Positions 9,651-20,245 of a DNA stretch of 64,000 nucleotides are shown piece by piece. Under the pieces are notes generated by a model. It was not told the origin of the DNA, did no database searches, and saw only the letters and a program-made list of their open reading frames with translations. Both the position numbers and the translations under genes were made by a program. The DNA is from a virus (Duplodnaviria > Caudoviricetes): IMG/VR virus record IMGVR_UViG_3300023714_000001. One strand, written 5' to 3'. Position 1 is the first letter of the stretch. Each line of letters opens with the position of its first letter.

Positions 9651-11432
9651 ATGGCAGAAGAAAGATATGACAAGCATAATGTGCTGGCCATACCAGATTT
9701 AACCCCTGAACGAAGTTACGAGTCTGAAGGGATTGTTCAATCACCAAGTTTACAAACTCCTATACAGAAGCCTGTTCGTGAGTTAAAAGTGATTGACGAT
9801 CTGGATGAACTAAGCTCACTTGCAGATTTGCTTCCCCCTGAAATTGGAGATATTGTTCGGGATATAAATAAAGTCTTATCGGAAGACTCTCAGGGGAAGT
9901 TAATACTTGAAATTGAAAAAGGTGTAATACCACCGCCAACTGTTATTGTTGAACCGCCACCTCCTCCGCCTCCGCCACCCCCTCCACCTCCGATAACTGA
10001 TGACCCATGGCCTAGCGAGCCAAAACCTCCGCTTCCACTTCCTAACCCACCAAAAGGTGGCGGCGGTGGCGGCGGTGGCGGTTCTGAAGGTGGCGGTGGG
10101 GGAACTGAAGGCTCAGGCGGTTCACGTCCAACAGGCGGCACCTGGATAGTTGAGGGGCAACACGATCCAAGCGATGGCGATTATGAAGTTGATGATATCT
10201 TTTCAGCCCCGCCGGCTTTTACCGTAGAAATAGAGCCGTCAGACTCATTAGTGGATCTTGCTCGAAAAGCCTATAGGGATGATGACCTGGACATTAAAGA
10301 CGATTATGTTGCAAAAATGACGCAAAATATTGCGCGCTTCTATCAGGTTATGTCTACTCTGGCTACAGATGGTGGTATGCCCGACTATTCGTATCTTATG
10401 CGCGAATTTGACGGCACAGCAGTATCAACGAACGATGCGAATCAAAAACATCTTATCGATTCCATTTGTAAGAACCAGATTATTTACGATCAGCGGCTCA
10501 GACAAATGAATTTAACGCATACTGCGGAAAATACACTGGTTATGACTCGCGGTTTCTCCGCAGCGGAGGCGCAGCGCGAAAGGTATTTTGGCGAGAAATT
10601 TAAGGCCAATATGAATGATACCGCCTCTACTCTTTCTAATGATATTTTAGAGAAAGAACGTCAGAACGCAAACAAGAAATACAAAGAAGCTGCCTACAAT
10701 ATGTATAAGTATCTCGACTCGGCGACAAAATATACGAATGCTTTGCTTAACATTCGCATCGACGAAGCGGCGGCAAAGGTGCAACTCTCAAATACCGGTA
10801 GCGATATTTATGCAATTACTCCTCCGCCTCCTCCGACTGCTGATAATATTGATGATGGTTTTGAGACTACTCAGAAGCAGACAGAGATTGGCGCTAAATA
10901 TGTTGAGGAAGCTCAGAAAGATTCTGTTATGGGATATCAGGCTTCTGGTGGCGGCTCGTCGTATAGCAGTAGTGGCGGAGGCGGTGCATTGCAAAGCGTC
11001 ACGGCAACGGCAGACACAAAATCTATCTTCGATGCTCTGATTCGTTTAGGTTACAATGACATAGCCGCCTGTGGAATAATGGGAAATATTCAGCAGGAGT
11101 GCAGCTTTAACGTTGAATCCGGGCGTGGAAAGAATGCTGCGGCGTGTGGATTATTTCAGTGGGGTAATGGATGTGATGGTAGTCGTTGGCAAAGATTGCT
11201 TTCAATGTATCCGGACCCAGCATGCTGGAATGCGGGTAATCAGTTATCCTATATGTATTGGGAGTGTGAGAATGGATATACTAATTGCCTGCCAGGTACG
11301 CTAAATAATTTTTCGACACCAGAGGAAGCCGCAGTTCACTTCGAGGAAAACTTTGAAGGTGCTGGCGATGCTCAAAACGAAAAACGTATGAATTACGCTA
11401 GGCAATTCTATGACCTTTATGGGAAAAAATAG
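9651..11432 (+). CDS. Virion protein with poly-Pro/poly-Gly linkers and a C-terminal phage tail lysozyme domain
   Basis: ACGIMGNIQQEC...GLFQW...AAVHFEENFE...RMNYA matches the Phage_lysozyme2-type signature. Confidence 0.75.
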   Translation: MAEERYDKHNVLAIPDLTPERSYESEGIVQSPSLQTPIQKPVRELKVIDDLDELSSLADLLPPEIGDIVRDINKVLSEDSQGKLILEIEKGVIPPPTVIVEPPPPPPPPPPPPPITDDPWPSEPKPPLPLPNPPKGGGGGGGGGSEGGGGGTEGSGGSRPTGGTWIVEGQHDPSDGDYEVDDIFSAPPAFTVEIEPSDSLVDLARKAYRDDDLDIKDDYVAKMTQNIARFYQVMSTLATDGGMPDYSYLMREFDGTAVSTNDANQKHLIDSICKNQIIYDQRLRQMNLTHTAENTLVMTRGFSAAEAQRERYFGEKFKANMNDTASTLSNDILEKERQNANKKYKEAAYNMYKYLDSATKYTNALLNIRIDEAAAKVQLSNTGSDIYAITPPPPPTADNIDDGFETTQKQTEIGAKYVEEAQKDSVMGYQASGGGSSYSSSGGGGALQSVTATADTKSIFDALIRLGYNDIAACGIMGNIQQECSFNVESGRGKNAAACGLFQWGNGCDGSRWQRLLSMYPDPACWNAGNQLSYMYWECENGYTNCLPGTLNNFSTPEEAAVHFEENFEGAGDAQNEKRMNYARQFYDLYGKK

Positions 11433-11442
11433 TGTAAAAATA

Positions 11443-11466
11443 AAAGACGCCAAACGGCGTCTTTTA
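11443..11466. terminator. Bidirectional terminator
   Basis: aaaagacgcc-aaac-ggcgtctttt between convergent genes. Confidence 0.8.
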
Positions 11467-12588
11467 TTAATATTTAAAAATCTTCTTCATTATATCTTTT
11501 GTTTTCTGTGAAATATCAGGGCTGGTATTTACAGCGTTAAAGATAATACTTTTAACTGTATTGGCTTCATTCTCTGATTCCGCGACAATTGGGAATGTAA
11601 TAAACCCATCCGGCAGTTTTTCATCAATTTCAGCACGGCCGACAATTGTTTGCATGCTCGGGGTGGTATATACAAGTTCGATATCTTCAACGGTCTTTGC
11701 CTTACCAAGCGTCTTAATATCGGCGGCAGTCAACTTATTCTTATATAAACTCTTATCGTATATATAATGTTGCAATTCATCATCTAGCAGGGAAATAGCA
11801 CAGGCAAGCTGTATTGTGATCTTTACACCGTCAACGCCATCAACATAGGGCCATAGCTCCGGGATGAGATTTCTCAATTGATAGAGTCTTTTAAGAGAAC
11901 CGCCACTCACACCCATGACCTGACCAATTTTATCCATGATTCTTACCCGGTGTTCATTCCATTTGCGGTTAGGGCGCGTATCTTTTTCCAGGCGGTTCAT
12001 ATTGATAACAGCCTGGGCTTTAACGGCGGTAGTATTTTCTCTGCGGATTACATTATCAAAAATAATGATTTTGCGAGCCTCAACATCATCCAACTCATCA
12101 AAGTCATAAACATAGCAGTTCATGGCTTCAAACCTCTTGGCCATTTCCGGGTTATTGTTGTCGGGGCTCGTGAATATTTCGTGAAGTTCCTGAAAAGCGC
12201 GATGTCTTGTGTGTCCGCCCAGAATCATATACGAACCGTTCTCTTGCTTCCATACAAGCGCAGGTGAGAGCTGACCATAGGCAACAAGATTCTTCATTAA
12301 GTCGGTAAGAATGGTTTTATCCTGATTGGGGAAGAAGTTCCATTCTTCCTTAGCCGGGATAAGTTTTGAAATAGGAACCATTTCTGTATGATACTGCGGA
12401 TAGAGCTTTTCAATTTCATGCAGCTGCTGTTCGCTCCTGTCTTTGTCTTCATTCGATATTGGAGCAACAGCCTCTTCGCCACTTGCAATCTTCATCCAGT
12501 CATAATTTGGCAGTGAGGACTCATCATCGTAAGAACCAGCCTTTGCAAAAGCCCCCATCGATACCGTCTGTTTATGCTTCTTGCTCAT
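11467..12588 (-). CDS. parB: ParB-like partition protein
   Basis: GQLSPALV...ILGGHTRHRA ParB/Srx motif; DNVIRR; directly downstream of parA. Confidence 0.8.
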   Translation of the reverse strand: MSKKHKQTVSMGAFAKAGSYDDESSLPNYDWMKIASGEEAVAPISNEDKDRSEQQLHEIEKLYPQYHTEMVPISKLIPAKEEWNFFPNQDKTILTDLMKNLVAYGQLSPALVWKQENGSYMILGGHTRHRAFQELHEIFTSPDNNNPEMAKRFEAMNCYVYDFDELDDVEARKIIIFDNVIRRENTTAVKAQAVINMNRLEKDTRPNRKWNEHRVRIMDKIGQVMGVSGGSLKRLYQLRNLIPELWPYVDGVDGVKITIQLACAISLLDDELQHYIYDKSLYKNKLTAADIKTLGKAKTVEDIELVYTTPSMQTIVGRAEIDEKLPDGFITFPIVAESENEANTVKSIIFNAVNTSPDISQKTKDIMKKIFKY

Positions 12589-13414
12589 AAAGCACCTCCG
12601 TGATTTCTTTGTAAAGCTTTTTAAAGTCTGCAGAAATCTTCTTGTTATGGAATTTTTCCGTTACAGCGCAATGATAATTAACGGATTTACGCGCATCTTC
12701 GCTTTCACGAATAGTTGTGTCGAAGAGTCTGCCTTCTGTTTTCCCGCCATTAAGCTTGGCAAGTTCTATAGGGATAATCTCTCTAGCTGAAGGAATATAC
12801 TCTTTCGTCCCGCTCGTGTTGTGTTTTACTCGATTAAAGAAATATCCTAGTAATTTAATATTGGGATTTGCACGGCGCCGGCTCTTAATTATGTTCTGAT
12901 ACACCTGCGATAATCCAGCAACACTTCTCTCATCCGGATCCATGGGCACGAGAATATAATCACAGCTTTGCATGGGGAGCAATGTGTCTAGGCCAATGGA
13001 TGGATGTGAATCCATAATAACGATATCATACTCATTCATATCTTGAATAGCCGCGACAAGTTCCGTCCATGGATTTACACCTTCGTTAAGGCGAAACTCG
13101 CGAACCTTTCCCATAAAACCCTCACCTTCTATCAGTAAGGAGCCTGGTATCATATCGATATTCTTATACTGCGTCGGCATAATAAAGGTACGTGGCGAAA
13201 CTTGAGCTCCATATATTCTCGAAATAATCCCAGCCATAATATCGTGCTGCGGATCAGCCTCGACCTTCATCGTTTGTGTAAGGTTCATCTGCGCATCTGC
13301 GTCTATTAGTAGTACCTTCTTTCCGTCATTGGAAAAAAGGTAGGCTAACGCAGCGGTGGTAGTTGTTTTACCAACGCCACCCTTGTGGTTTGCTATACAT
13401 ATGGTTTTTCCCAT
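12572..13414 (-). CDS. parA: ParA/Soj family ATPase
   Basis: NHKGGVGKTT deviant Walker A; IDADAQ; DSHP; start at ATG 13414 after GAGGAGG. Confidence 0.92.
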   Translation of the reverse strand: MGKTICIANHKGGVGKTTTTAALAYLFSNDGKKVLLIDADAQMNLTQTMKVEADPQHDIMAGIISRIYGAQVSPRTFIMPTQYKNIDMIPGSLLIEGEGFMGKVREFRLNEGVNPWTELVAAIQDMNEYDIVIMDSHPSIGLDTLLPMQSCDYILVPMDPDERSVAGLSQVYQNIIKSRRRANPNIKLLGYFFNRVKHNTSGTKEYIPSAREIIPIELAKLNGGKTEGRLFDTTIRESEDARKSVNYHCAVTEKFHNKKISADFKKLYKEITEVLYEQEA

Positions 13415-13547
13415 CAACAATAACCTCCTCATAACAAAAATCTCCATAAATAGTCTACCATAAATGCCCTTACTATTCCACTACTATCATTAATATTATT
13501 CTATTTTGTCGTTTGATAGTCCTGCATATCGCTCATAAACGACCTAG

Positions 13548-13582
13548 AAAATTTAGGGGACCAAATCGGTCCCCTAAATTTT
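13548..13582. repeat. Perfect 15-bp inverted repeat, candidate parS/operator
   Basis: aaaatttaggggacc-aaatc-ggtcccctaaatttt upstream of parA. Confidence 0.55.
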
Positions 13583-13697
13583 GTTTAGTGAATAACAAAA
13601 ACCCCGTGGTAATATGCGCTTAGATTGTAGACCGGAAAGGACGGTGTGAGGTATTTTTCAAAAACTTAGACGCCAAATTGCTAACACATTCTTCTCT

Positions 13698-15785
13698 TTG
13701 TCTGAAAGAGTTGGCGGCGTACAAAAGACTAGCACGGGCGTAATGGCAAAGAATAAGTTTGCTATTGCTTCTGCCGTTCTTGGCAGCTATATAGGATATT
13801 CCCGACGCGATGGCATATTTTTTAGATGTGAATATGACCTTGACGAAATAAAGGCTGCGGCCGAGACAGAGGGATATTTAGCTACAGCCATCCAGAAATA
13901 TAGTGAGCTTTTTATGAAAGCAGGGTATACCTTAAAAGGTACAAGTGATGCTCCGGCGGATTATCTTAGACAGCGCTTTAAGATGATGAGTTATATGGGT
14001 GAATTTGAGCCATTTCCTCTTTTAATGAGAGAAACTGCTTTTGACCTTGTTAAATTTAGTAATGCATTCTGGGTAAAGAATCGGGCAGATAAGATCCCCT
14101 TTGTTAAAGCAACGGGAATTGTGAGCTCAGAAAAATGTGTAGCGGGATATTCAAGATTGGACCCGGCACAAGTTCGCGCCCAGTTCGACAAAGACGGTAA
14201 GCTGTCGGCATACAAGCAGGTAACACCTACGGGCAGAGAAAAGGTTTTTAAAACCGAAGATGTGATTCATTTTGTTTTAAATCGCTCGGCCGAATCCGTA
14301 TGGGGAACACCACGATGGATTCCAGCATTGGAAGATATTCGTTTTCTTCGGACGATGGAAGGCAATGTTGCAACAATAGCTCATAGGTTCTCAGCGCCTA
14401 TCGTCCATGCAAAGGTTGGTCTACCTCAGGAGGGTAAGGGTGGCACCAAGAAGGAAATTGATGATACCAGAAATCTTATCGAAAATACGCCCCCTGACGG
14501 CATGATTATCACTCCGGAAAGAGTTGCTTTCTCTATAGTTGGTGCCGAAGGAAATGCTCTGGACTTAAAAGATTATCTATCTTATTTTGAGAATCGCGTG
14601 TTTACCGACCTTAATACTTCCCAGACAATGATGGGACGTGGAGGCAGCAAACAAGATGCTGACTCTATGGAAGAGCAGGTTCATAACGCTGTTAAAGATA
14701 ATCAAGCGGCGTTTGCTATTCAATTTAAGGATGCTGTAATAACTGAGCTCTTACTTGAAGGTGGCTTTAACCCCATCCTAAATGAAAGCGACGATGTTGA
14801 TCTTGTATTTAATGAGATTAATCTCGATACAAAGGTTAAGCTGGAAAACCACATCACAAATCTCTTCCATGCTAATGCAATTACTTACGAAGAAATGCGA
14901 GCTGGTATTGGTTATAAGATTGGCAACATTGATGAGGATAGAGATCACCTGTATTCAAACTTTATCGAACAGGCTAACCAGCTTGAGCAAATCGAAGTCA
15001 ACCATCAGAACGCTATCGAAATAGCAAAACTAAGCGCACAGCTTACAAGCTCTGCTGAACAAGATAGTGGCGGGGATGATGATAAATCGTCTTCCGCAAA
15101 AGCAACAAAGAAAAAGAAGAGCACCTATACAAAAAAGAATACCGGCAATGGCAAGGGGGTAAAAACTGGGAAAAGGACGGGGGCTGTAAAAGCTACCGAT
15201 TCTCCTTCCAACCAATACGGCACATACAGCGCCAAAATTAAAGAGTCTGCTATTATTAACGAGTTTTCTTCCAAACTTAATGATAGTGGCAGCAACGCTG
15301 GAGATATAAAAAACAGAATCAAGTCCTACGTAAATGATATGTCAGTAAAGGGTGCAAAAGAGGGGTATGTAAAGGCTAAGGATACATTGGATCCTGGCAA
15401 TGAACACAAAAAACCGTTACTTGCCCCGCAAAATAGTGTCTTAATAAACTATTTTAACAAGAATATTGATGAGTTTTTTAGTGATATAAATAAAAAGCTT
15501 AGTAATACGGGGGACGAATGCGGTTTTAAACGGCTGTTCGAGTCACAAAAATACAGGCTCACTATGCTTACGGATTTTGTTTATAGGAAGTCTTATTGGT
15601 ACTCTTACTTAAAAACATGTGAGAGCCACGGAGTAAATCGTGTCAAAGTACATTGCCGCGAAGAAAGCCGACATAAAGAAAAATATGACGGCAAGATTAT
15701 TAATCCGAAAAACTTCAACATAAATGATATTCCGGGATACAGCACGAATTGCAGCTGCTATTTAGAACCACTAAAAAATGAATAG
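13698..15785 (+). CDS. Portal protein (start codon uncertain)
   Basis: DLVKFSNAFW, EDVIHF, WGTP portal-like motifs; lies just before the protease and capsid genes. Confidence 0.8.
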   Translation: MSERVGGVQKTSTGVMAKNKFAIASAVLGSYIGYSRRDGIFFRCEYDLDEIKAAAETEGYLATAIQKYSELFMKAGYTLKGTSDAPADYLRQRFKMMSYMGEFEPFPLLMRETAFDLVKFSNAFWVKNRADKIPFVKATGIVSSEKCVAGYSRLDPAQVRAQFDKDGKLSAYKQVTPTGREKVFKTEDVIHFVLNRSAESVWGTPRWIPALEDIRFLRTMEGNVATIAHRFSAPIVHAKVGLPQEGKGGTKKEIDDTRNLIENTPPDGMIITPERVAFSIVGAEGNALDLKDYLSYFENRVFTDLNTSQTMMGRGGSKQDADSMEEQVHNAVKDNQAAFAIQFKDAVITELLLEGGFNPILNESDDVDLVFNEINLDTKVKLENHITNLFHANAITYEEMRAGIGYKIGNIDEDRDHLYSNFIEQANQLEQIEVNHQNAIEIAKLSAQLTSSAEQDSGGDDDKSSSAKATKKKKSTYTKKNTGNGKGVKTGKRTGAVKATDSPSNQYGTYSAKIKESAIINEFSSKLNDSGSNAGDIKNRIKSYVNDMSVKGAKEGYVKAKDTLDPGNEHKKPLLAPQNSVLINYFNKNIDEFFSDINKKLSNTGDECGFKRLFESQKYRLTMLTDFVYRKSYWYSYLKTCESHGVNRVKVHCREESRHKEKYDGKIINPKNFNINDIPGYSTNCSCYLEPLKNE

Positions 15786-15799
15786 GAAGGTTATCACAC

Positions 15800-17188
15800 A
15801 TGCCATTAGCTCTTAGAGAAGTTGAAGGGTATGATGTAACGAATCCTACAGCCCCTATCAGCTCGGAAAAACTCAAAGAATGGTTTGAGAAGTGCAAGAA
15901 CTTTAAAGAGTCCGAGCATACCGCAAAACCGGATGGTTTTTTCACGGCCTGTATTGAAGCCATTCACGGCGATACACCGACCAGAAATTACACGCGGTAT
16001 ATGACGAGCAGTTTCAAGAAGGCAATTCCAACATGGACCTCGCCTTATCCTGTCCCTAACATTATGTATCACAACGATTATAACGGTGAAGTTGTTGGGC
16101 GGATTATCGAGGCCAAACAGGGAGATTCAAAAAGACTCCCTGGAGCCCAGGCACTTATCCTCACATCTGCCATCCCGGAATGGAAAGACAAGGAAAAGGT
16201 TCAAAATGGGCTTTACAGTACGGTTTCTATTGGTGTTTCCGCAACAGATGTCCGTTGCAGTATCTGCGGCGCTCAGCTAAGTGAAGGCGATTTTTGTGAA
16301 CACCAGCGTGGGTATACTTACAAAAACGAAGAAACCGGTAAGAAAGAAACCTGCTATTGGGACGTCTATGAATGGGAAGCAAAGGAAATTTCGTTTGTCA
16401 TTGTACCGTCCGACAAATACGCAGGAATTGTATCCTACTCCTACAATTATGCATCAGATGATGAGTCTACAACGGAAACTGAAAAACCAAAAGGCACGCC
16501 TCCGGCAAGAAAATGGAGGATGTCCGGCTCAGAAGATAACGATGCTTCAAATACAAATAAAATGACTGAATCGCAGAATTCCGACAGTCTGTTACCACCA
16601 CCAACAGCTAAGCAGGAATCAGAAGGAGAGAAAACATTGAACATTCAGGAAGCAGAACAGAAAATCGCTTCTCTTGAAACGGAAGCGAAAGCCCTGAAAG
16701 GGGATGCTGTTGTTCTTCAGGAAAAAGTTGACGCTTTGAACAAGGACAAAGTTTCCCTGCAGGAATCTATCGCAGAGATGAAAACTGCCGTTGAGGAAAA
16801 AGACCTCGCATTGAATCATGAAAAACAGTTGCGCGAAGCCGCTGAAAGCAAAGTCGAAGGCCTGGAAAAAGAAGTAAAGGTTAGCCTTGCTGAATCCCTG
16901 GCTACGCTGCGCGAAAAGGCTGGTAAGCCCGCAATCGAAAAGCTTGCAGACCGCTCGATTGATTCCCTGCGCGATGCAATTACTGATATCAAGGCTGAGC
17001 TGAAAGAAGCTGCCGACAAGGCTGCTAAAGAAGCAAAAACTGCCGAAGAAGCCAAGGCTGCTGAAGAAGCAAAAAAAGCCAAGGGCTCTGTCAAAGAAAA
17101 TACGTTGAAGGAATCGGAAGAGACTCCGGGTGCAAACGTAGCTGAAGAAGCAAAGTCCCCCGCTGTTGCCGAAGACTTTGATCTTTAA
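15800..17188 (+). CDS. Prohead protease with C-terminal coiled-coil scaffold
   Basis: MYHND...VGRI, VSIG...CSICG...CEH, EISFVIVPSD; Glu/Lys/Ala-rich coiled tail. Confidence 0.8.
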   Translation: MPLALREVEGYDVTNPTAPISSEKLKEWFEKCKNFKESEHTAKPDGFFTACIEAIHGDTPTRNYTRYMTSSFKKAIPTWTSPYPVPNIMYHNDYNGEVVGRIIEAKQGDSKRLPGAQALILTSAIPEWKDKEKVQNGLYSTVSIGVSATDVRCSICGAQLSEGDFCEHQRGYTYKNEETGKKETCYWDVYEWEAKEISFVIVPSDKYAGIVSYSYNYASDDESTTETEKPKGTPPARKWRMSGSEDNDASNTNKMTESQNSDSLLPPPTAKQESEGEKTLNIQEAEQKIASLETEAKALKGDAVVLQEKVDALNKDKVSLQESIAEMKTAVEEKDLALNHEKQLREAAESKVEGLEKEVKVSLAESLATLREKAGKPAIEKLADRSIDSLRDAITDIKAELKEAADKAAKEAKTAEEAKAAEEAKKAKGSVKENTLKESEETPGANVAEEAKSPAVAEDFDL

Positions 17189-17208
17189 TCAGGGAGGACA
17201 TTTATAAA

Positions 17209-18855
17209 ATGGCTTTATATCCTACTTCTATGGAAACTCGTTATAAGCTGCAGCCGGGTGGCCGTGGCGAAGTATTTGTTGCTGATCAGCCGGGTTACCG
17301 CGATGGCGCTGCTCGCATCAACCGCACGCAGAACAACATGAGTGAAGCCCCGCACGAGGCACTCACTGGTAAATACATTCTGGATAAGCGTCTGCCGGCA
17401 CAGTTTAAGTATGGCTTTGCTGTTGGCTACAACAATATGGTTATTACAAAAGGCCGTATCGTAGCAGCAGACCCGTACATGGATCGTCAGGACTGGACCA
17501 CGGACCGTCAGTTCAATGTATTGACTCTGGCAAATGGTGGCGCACTGGTTCGCCTGCGTAAAGAAGGCGACGTATATCCGACGAAGGATACGTTGATTTC
17601 TGAAGAATCTCGCGGTGGCAAAGTTGCTGGTATTGGTTTGAACTGGATCCCGGTTGAAGGCATGGAAGAAACCTGGGGCGAAGGCGTATATCGCGCTTGT
17701 AAAACTTCCGGCTCTGCACAGCTCGAAGCTGCTAGTATGGGCATTGATGTTGAACACACCGGCAAGGTTGTTGAAAATGCGGAAAAAGCTACCGACGGCA
17801 CGGTTGTTGGTGGTAAAGTTACGGATGATGTTCGTGCTGCTAACGTTCCCCTTGGTATGCTGGGCAAGAACCAGTACACCCAGTTTAACGACGACAGCAT
17901 GGACGGCATGATTCCTGGCCCGATTCTCACGGATAAGATTGTTGAACTCCCGTACTTCCAGTTCAAGGACAAGGCAGAAAAGCAGCCTTGGGGTGCTATC
18001 TACGGTACGCTGAAAGTCGGCGACCTGGTTAAGTCTGATGAAAATGGCCGCTTGGTTGTATCTCCGCTGTCTTATGATGTTGCTCTCGATACGATGACTG
18101 CCGCAGAAATCGAACGCGAACGCCAGCAGGTTGTTGGCCAGGTTATTTCCCTGTCCCATGATATGGTTCCCGAAGGGGGCTATGAACTCGCGCAGTGGGC
18201 TCTGGCCGACCGTCTGAAATACGAAGGGTTAAACCCAGAAATCTACACGCAGAATAATAGACCGGGAGAAGATGCAGTATCTGCTTCTGTATACCAGAGT
18301 ACTGGTCGTTACCCCGGCTATCCGTATGACAAAGCGTACAGCGAGCACGATCTGCATATGTTGGGTATGGGTGGCAACCACTATGACAAGTTTATGCCGC
18401 TCGAATATCAGCTCGATAATGGTATCCCGGGCCTGACCGATGGTCACAACGCCGTTGTTCGTGATTTTGAAAACAATCACGCAGCCGTAATCTTTGCTCG
18501 TAAAGACAACACGCAGCCGTATGTTCGTTCCGTAATCAAGGTTTGCCAGAATGGTAACTTTGAGGATGGTTCCTTGAAGGTACAGCTTGGCGATGGCGAT
18601 TTCATTGATGTTAACAGCCAGACTGTTAAGGGCGAGCCGCAGAAGCTCAACGATGCCTTCGCTGTTACGTACTACAACGCCGTTCAGGGGCTTGTATGCA
18701 TCGAAGTTGTTGATGAAGCGAAAGCTGACGAGATGCTGAAGGACAAAGAACTCGTTGTTAACCTGAAATACAAGAAGCGCGGCCTGAATGGTGTTCCGAC
18801 TTTTATGGATTGGGATGGCTGTGTAGGTAGTGCTAAGATTATGCTTCAGCGCTAA
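17209..18855 (+). CDS. Head decoration/structural protein
   Basis: Between scaffold and capsid genes; high-expression codon bias; LKVGDLVKSDENGR. Confidence 0.6.
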   Translation: MALYPTSMETRYKLQPGGRGEVFVADQPGYRDGAARINRTQNNMSEAPHEALTGKYILDKRLPAQFKYGFAVGYNNMVITKGRIVAADPYMDRQDWTTDRQFNVLTLANGGALVRLRKEGDVYPTKDTLISEESRGGKVAGIGLNWIPVEGMEETWGEGVYRACKTSGSAQLEAASMGIDVEHTGKVVENAEKATDGTVVGGKVTDDVRAANVPLGMLGKNQYTQFNDDSMDGMIPGPILTDKIVELPYFQFKDKAEKQPWGAIYGTLKVGDLVKSDENGRLVVSPLSYDVALDTMTAAEIERERQQVVGQVISLSHDMVPEGGYELAQWALADRLKYEGLNPEIYTQNNRPGEDAVSASVYQSTGRYPGYPYDKAYSEHDLHMLGMGGNHYDKFMPLEYQLDNGIPGLTDGHNAVVRDFENNHAAVIFARKDNTQPYVRSVIKVCQNGNFEDGSLKVQLGDGDFIDVNSQTVKGEPQKLNDAFAVTYYNAVQGLVCIEVVDEAKADEMLKDKELVVNLKYKKRGLNGVPTFMDWDGCVGSAKIMLQR

Positions 18856-18878
18856 TAACACGGAGGTAAATAATAGTA

Positions 18879-20123
18879 ATGATTTCTCTTAACGAACGCC
18901 TCACGAAGGCTGAAAATAGAATTAAGGCTTTGAAGGAAAATGAAGCCGCAAAGAAAGCCGGCAAGCCGGCTGTTCACCAGATGAAGGGGGATGCTTCCCT
19001 GAAGGAAATGGAAGCATACAAAACCTTCCTGCAGCAGCTCAGTGGTAAGGATACGTCCAATAAAACCGCTCGTGTTACCCTGAACGAAATGCTGACATCC
19101 ACGGATATCATCGATATGATTCCGAAGGTAATTTCCGGCGAAATGATCGAAGCTGCTGAACCGCAGCTTCTGGCCGCAAATCTCTTTACAAAGATCCAGG
19201 CTCCGGGCAATGGCGTTACGATCGTTGTTCCTGTTGTTGGCGAAATCTATGTTCGTGAAGTTGCTGAAGGCGCACCGTTTGAAGAAACTGCTCCGGACAA
19301 TGCTACGCTCGAAAACAGCCGCCTGACTATCGACATCAAGAAGTACGGCTCCAAGGTCTCCATTACGGAAGAGGCTATGAGTGACTACACCTGGGATGTT
19401 CATGCTCTGACGATTCGTCAGATGGGCCGCGCATTTGCTCGCAACAAGGAAGAAAAGTGCTTCAAGGAATTCTCCAAGCATGGTCATATTGTTTTCGATA
19501 ACGCTATCCGCGATCAGCGTCCTGAAGCCGGCACGCATGGTCTGGACAAGAAGGGCAATGAAAACAATACCCTGTCTGTAGAAGACTTCCTGGAAATGAT
19601 GCTTGCTGCAATCACCAATAATCACACACCGACGGACTTCTTTGCTCATCCGTTGGTATGGACGATCTTTGCTGCTAATGGCATGGTTGGCGCTGGTATG
19701 AGCTTCGGCGCTCTTGGCGGTCAGAATGTAAACCCGAGTGGCGGTACGCAGGGTAGCCCGAACTTCTCTGGCTTGCAGAATAACATTGGCAACCAGCAGT
19801 TCATTCTTCGTCCGGAAGATGTACAGAACCGTCTGCCGATTCCTCTCACGGTTAACCTCACTCCGCAGGTTGCCTTCAATAAGGAACGCAAAGCATTTGA
19901 TTGCTACATCGTTGACCGCAACAATGTTGGTATCATTGCTCAGCGTCAGGAAATCACCATGGATAACTGGACGAATCCGGAACTCGATGTTCAGTTTATC
20001 AAGGCCAAGGAACGCTTTGGTGTTGGCATCCAGGATCATGGCCGTGGCATTATGGTTGCCCGCAACATTGCTGCCGAGAAATCCTATCCGGAAAGCCTCC
20101 CGGTTCGCGTTATTGCAGAATAA
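18879..20123 (+). CDS. Major capsid protein (HK97-like)
   Basis: IPKVIS, EVAEG, IKKYGSKVSITEEAM, KERFG motifs; followed by a strong terminator. Confidence 0.88.
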   Translation: MISLNERLTKAENRIKALKENEAAKKAGKPAVHQMKGDASLKEMEAYKTFLQQLSGKDTSNKTARVTLNEMLTSTDIIDMIPKVISGEMIEAAEPQLLAANLFTKIQAPGNGVTIVVPVVGEIYVREVAEGAPFEETAPDNATLENSRLTIDIKKYGSKVSITEEAMSDYTWDVHALTIRQMGRAFARNKEEKCFKEFSKHGHIVFDNAIRDQRPEAGTHGLDKKGNENNTLSVEDFLEMMLAAITNNHTPTDFFAHPLVWTIFAANGMVGAGMSFGALGGQNVNPSGGTQGSPNFSGLQNNIGNQQFILRPEDVQNRLPIPLTVNLTPQVAFNKERKAFDCYIVDRNNVGIIAQRQEITMDNWTNPELDVQFIKAKERFGVGIQDHGRGIMVARNIAAEKSYPESLPVRVIAE

Positions 20124-20154
20124 TATCTGCTCTAATTTCCGGGTTAATCATATC

Positions 20155-20183
20155 AAGAGGCAGTCATTTGACTGCCTCTTTTT
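20155..20183 (+). terminator. Intrinsic terminator
   Basis: aagaggcagtca-tt-tgactgcctctt followed by T-run. Confidence 0.85.
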
Positions 20184-20245
20184 AATTAAGGGAAATCCTT
20201 TGGTAATAGCGGCAAATGTAGAGACTAAAACAACCGGAGGATTTT

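Noticed and set aside
13548-13582. Protelomerase target site
   Set aside because: The palindrome has a 5-nt asymmetric centre and no protelomerase is seen in the window
13644-13649. TGA recoding suggested by GTG-TGA before the portal frame
   Set aside because: TGA acts as a normal stop elsewhere (9580, 22091, 23228, 46037) and genes are intact under the standard code
17215-20039. Long antisense ORFs (314, 210 and 395 aa) opposite the decoration and capsid genes
   Set aside because: Shadow frames produced by the strong codon bias of highly expressed genes; no recognisable motifs
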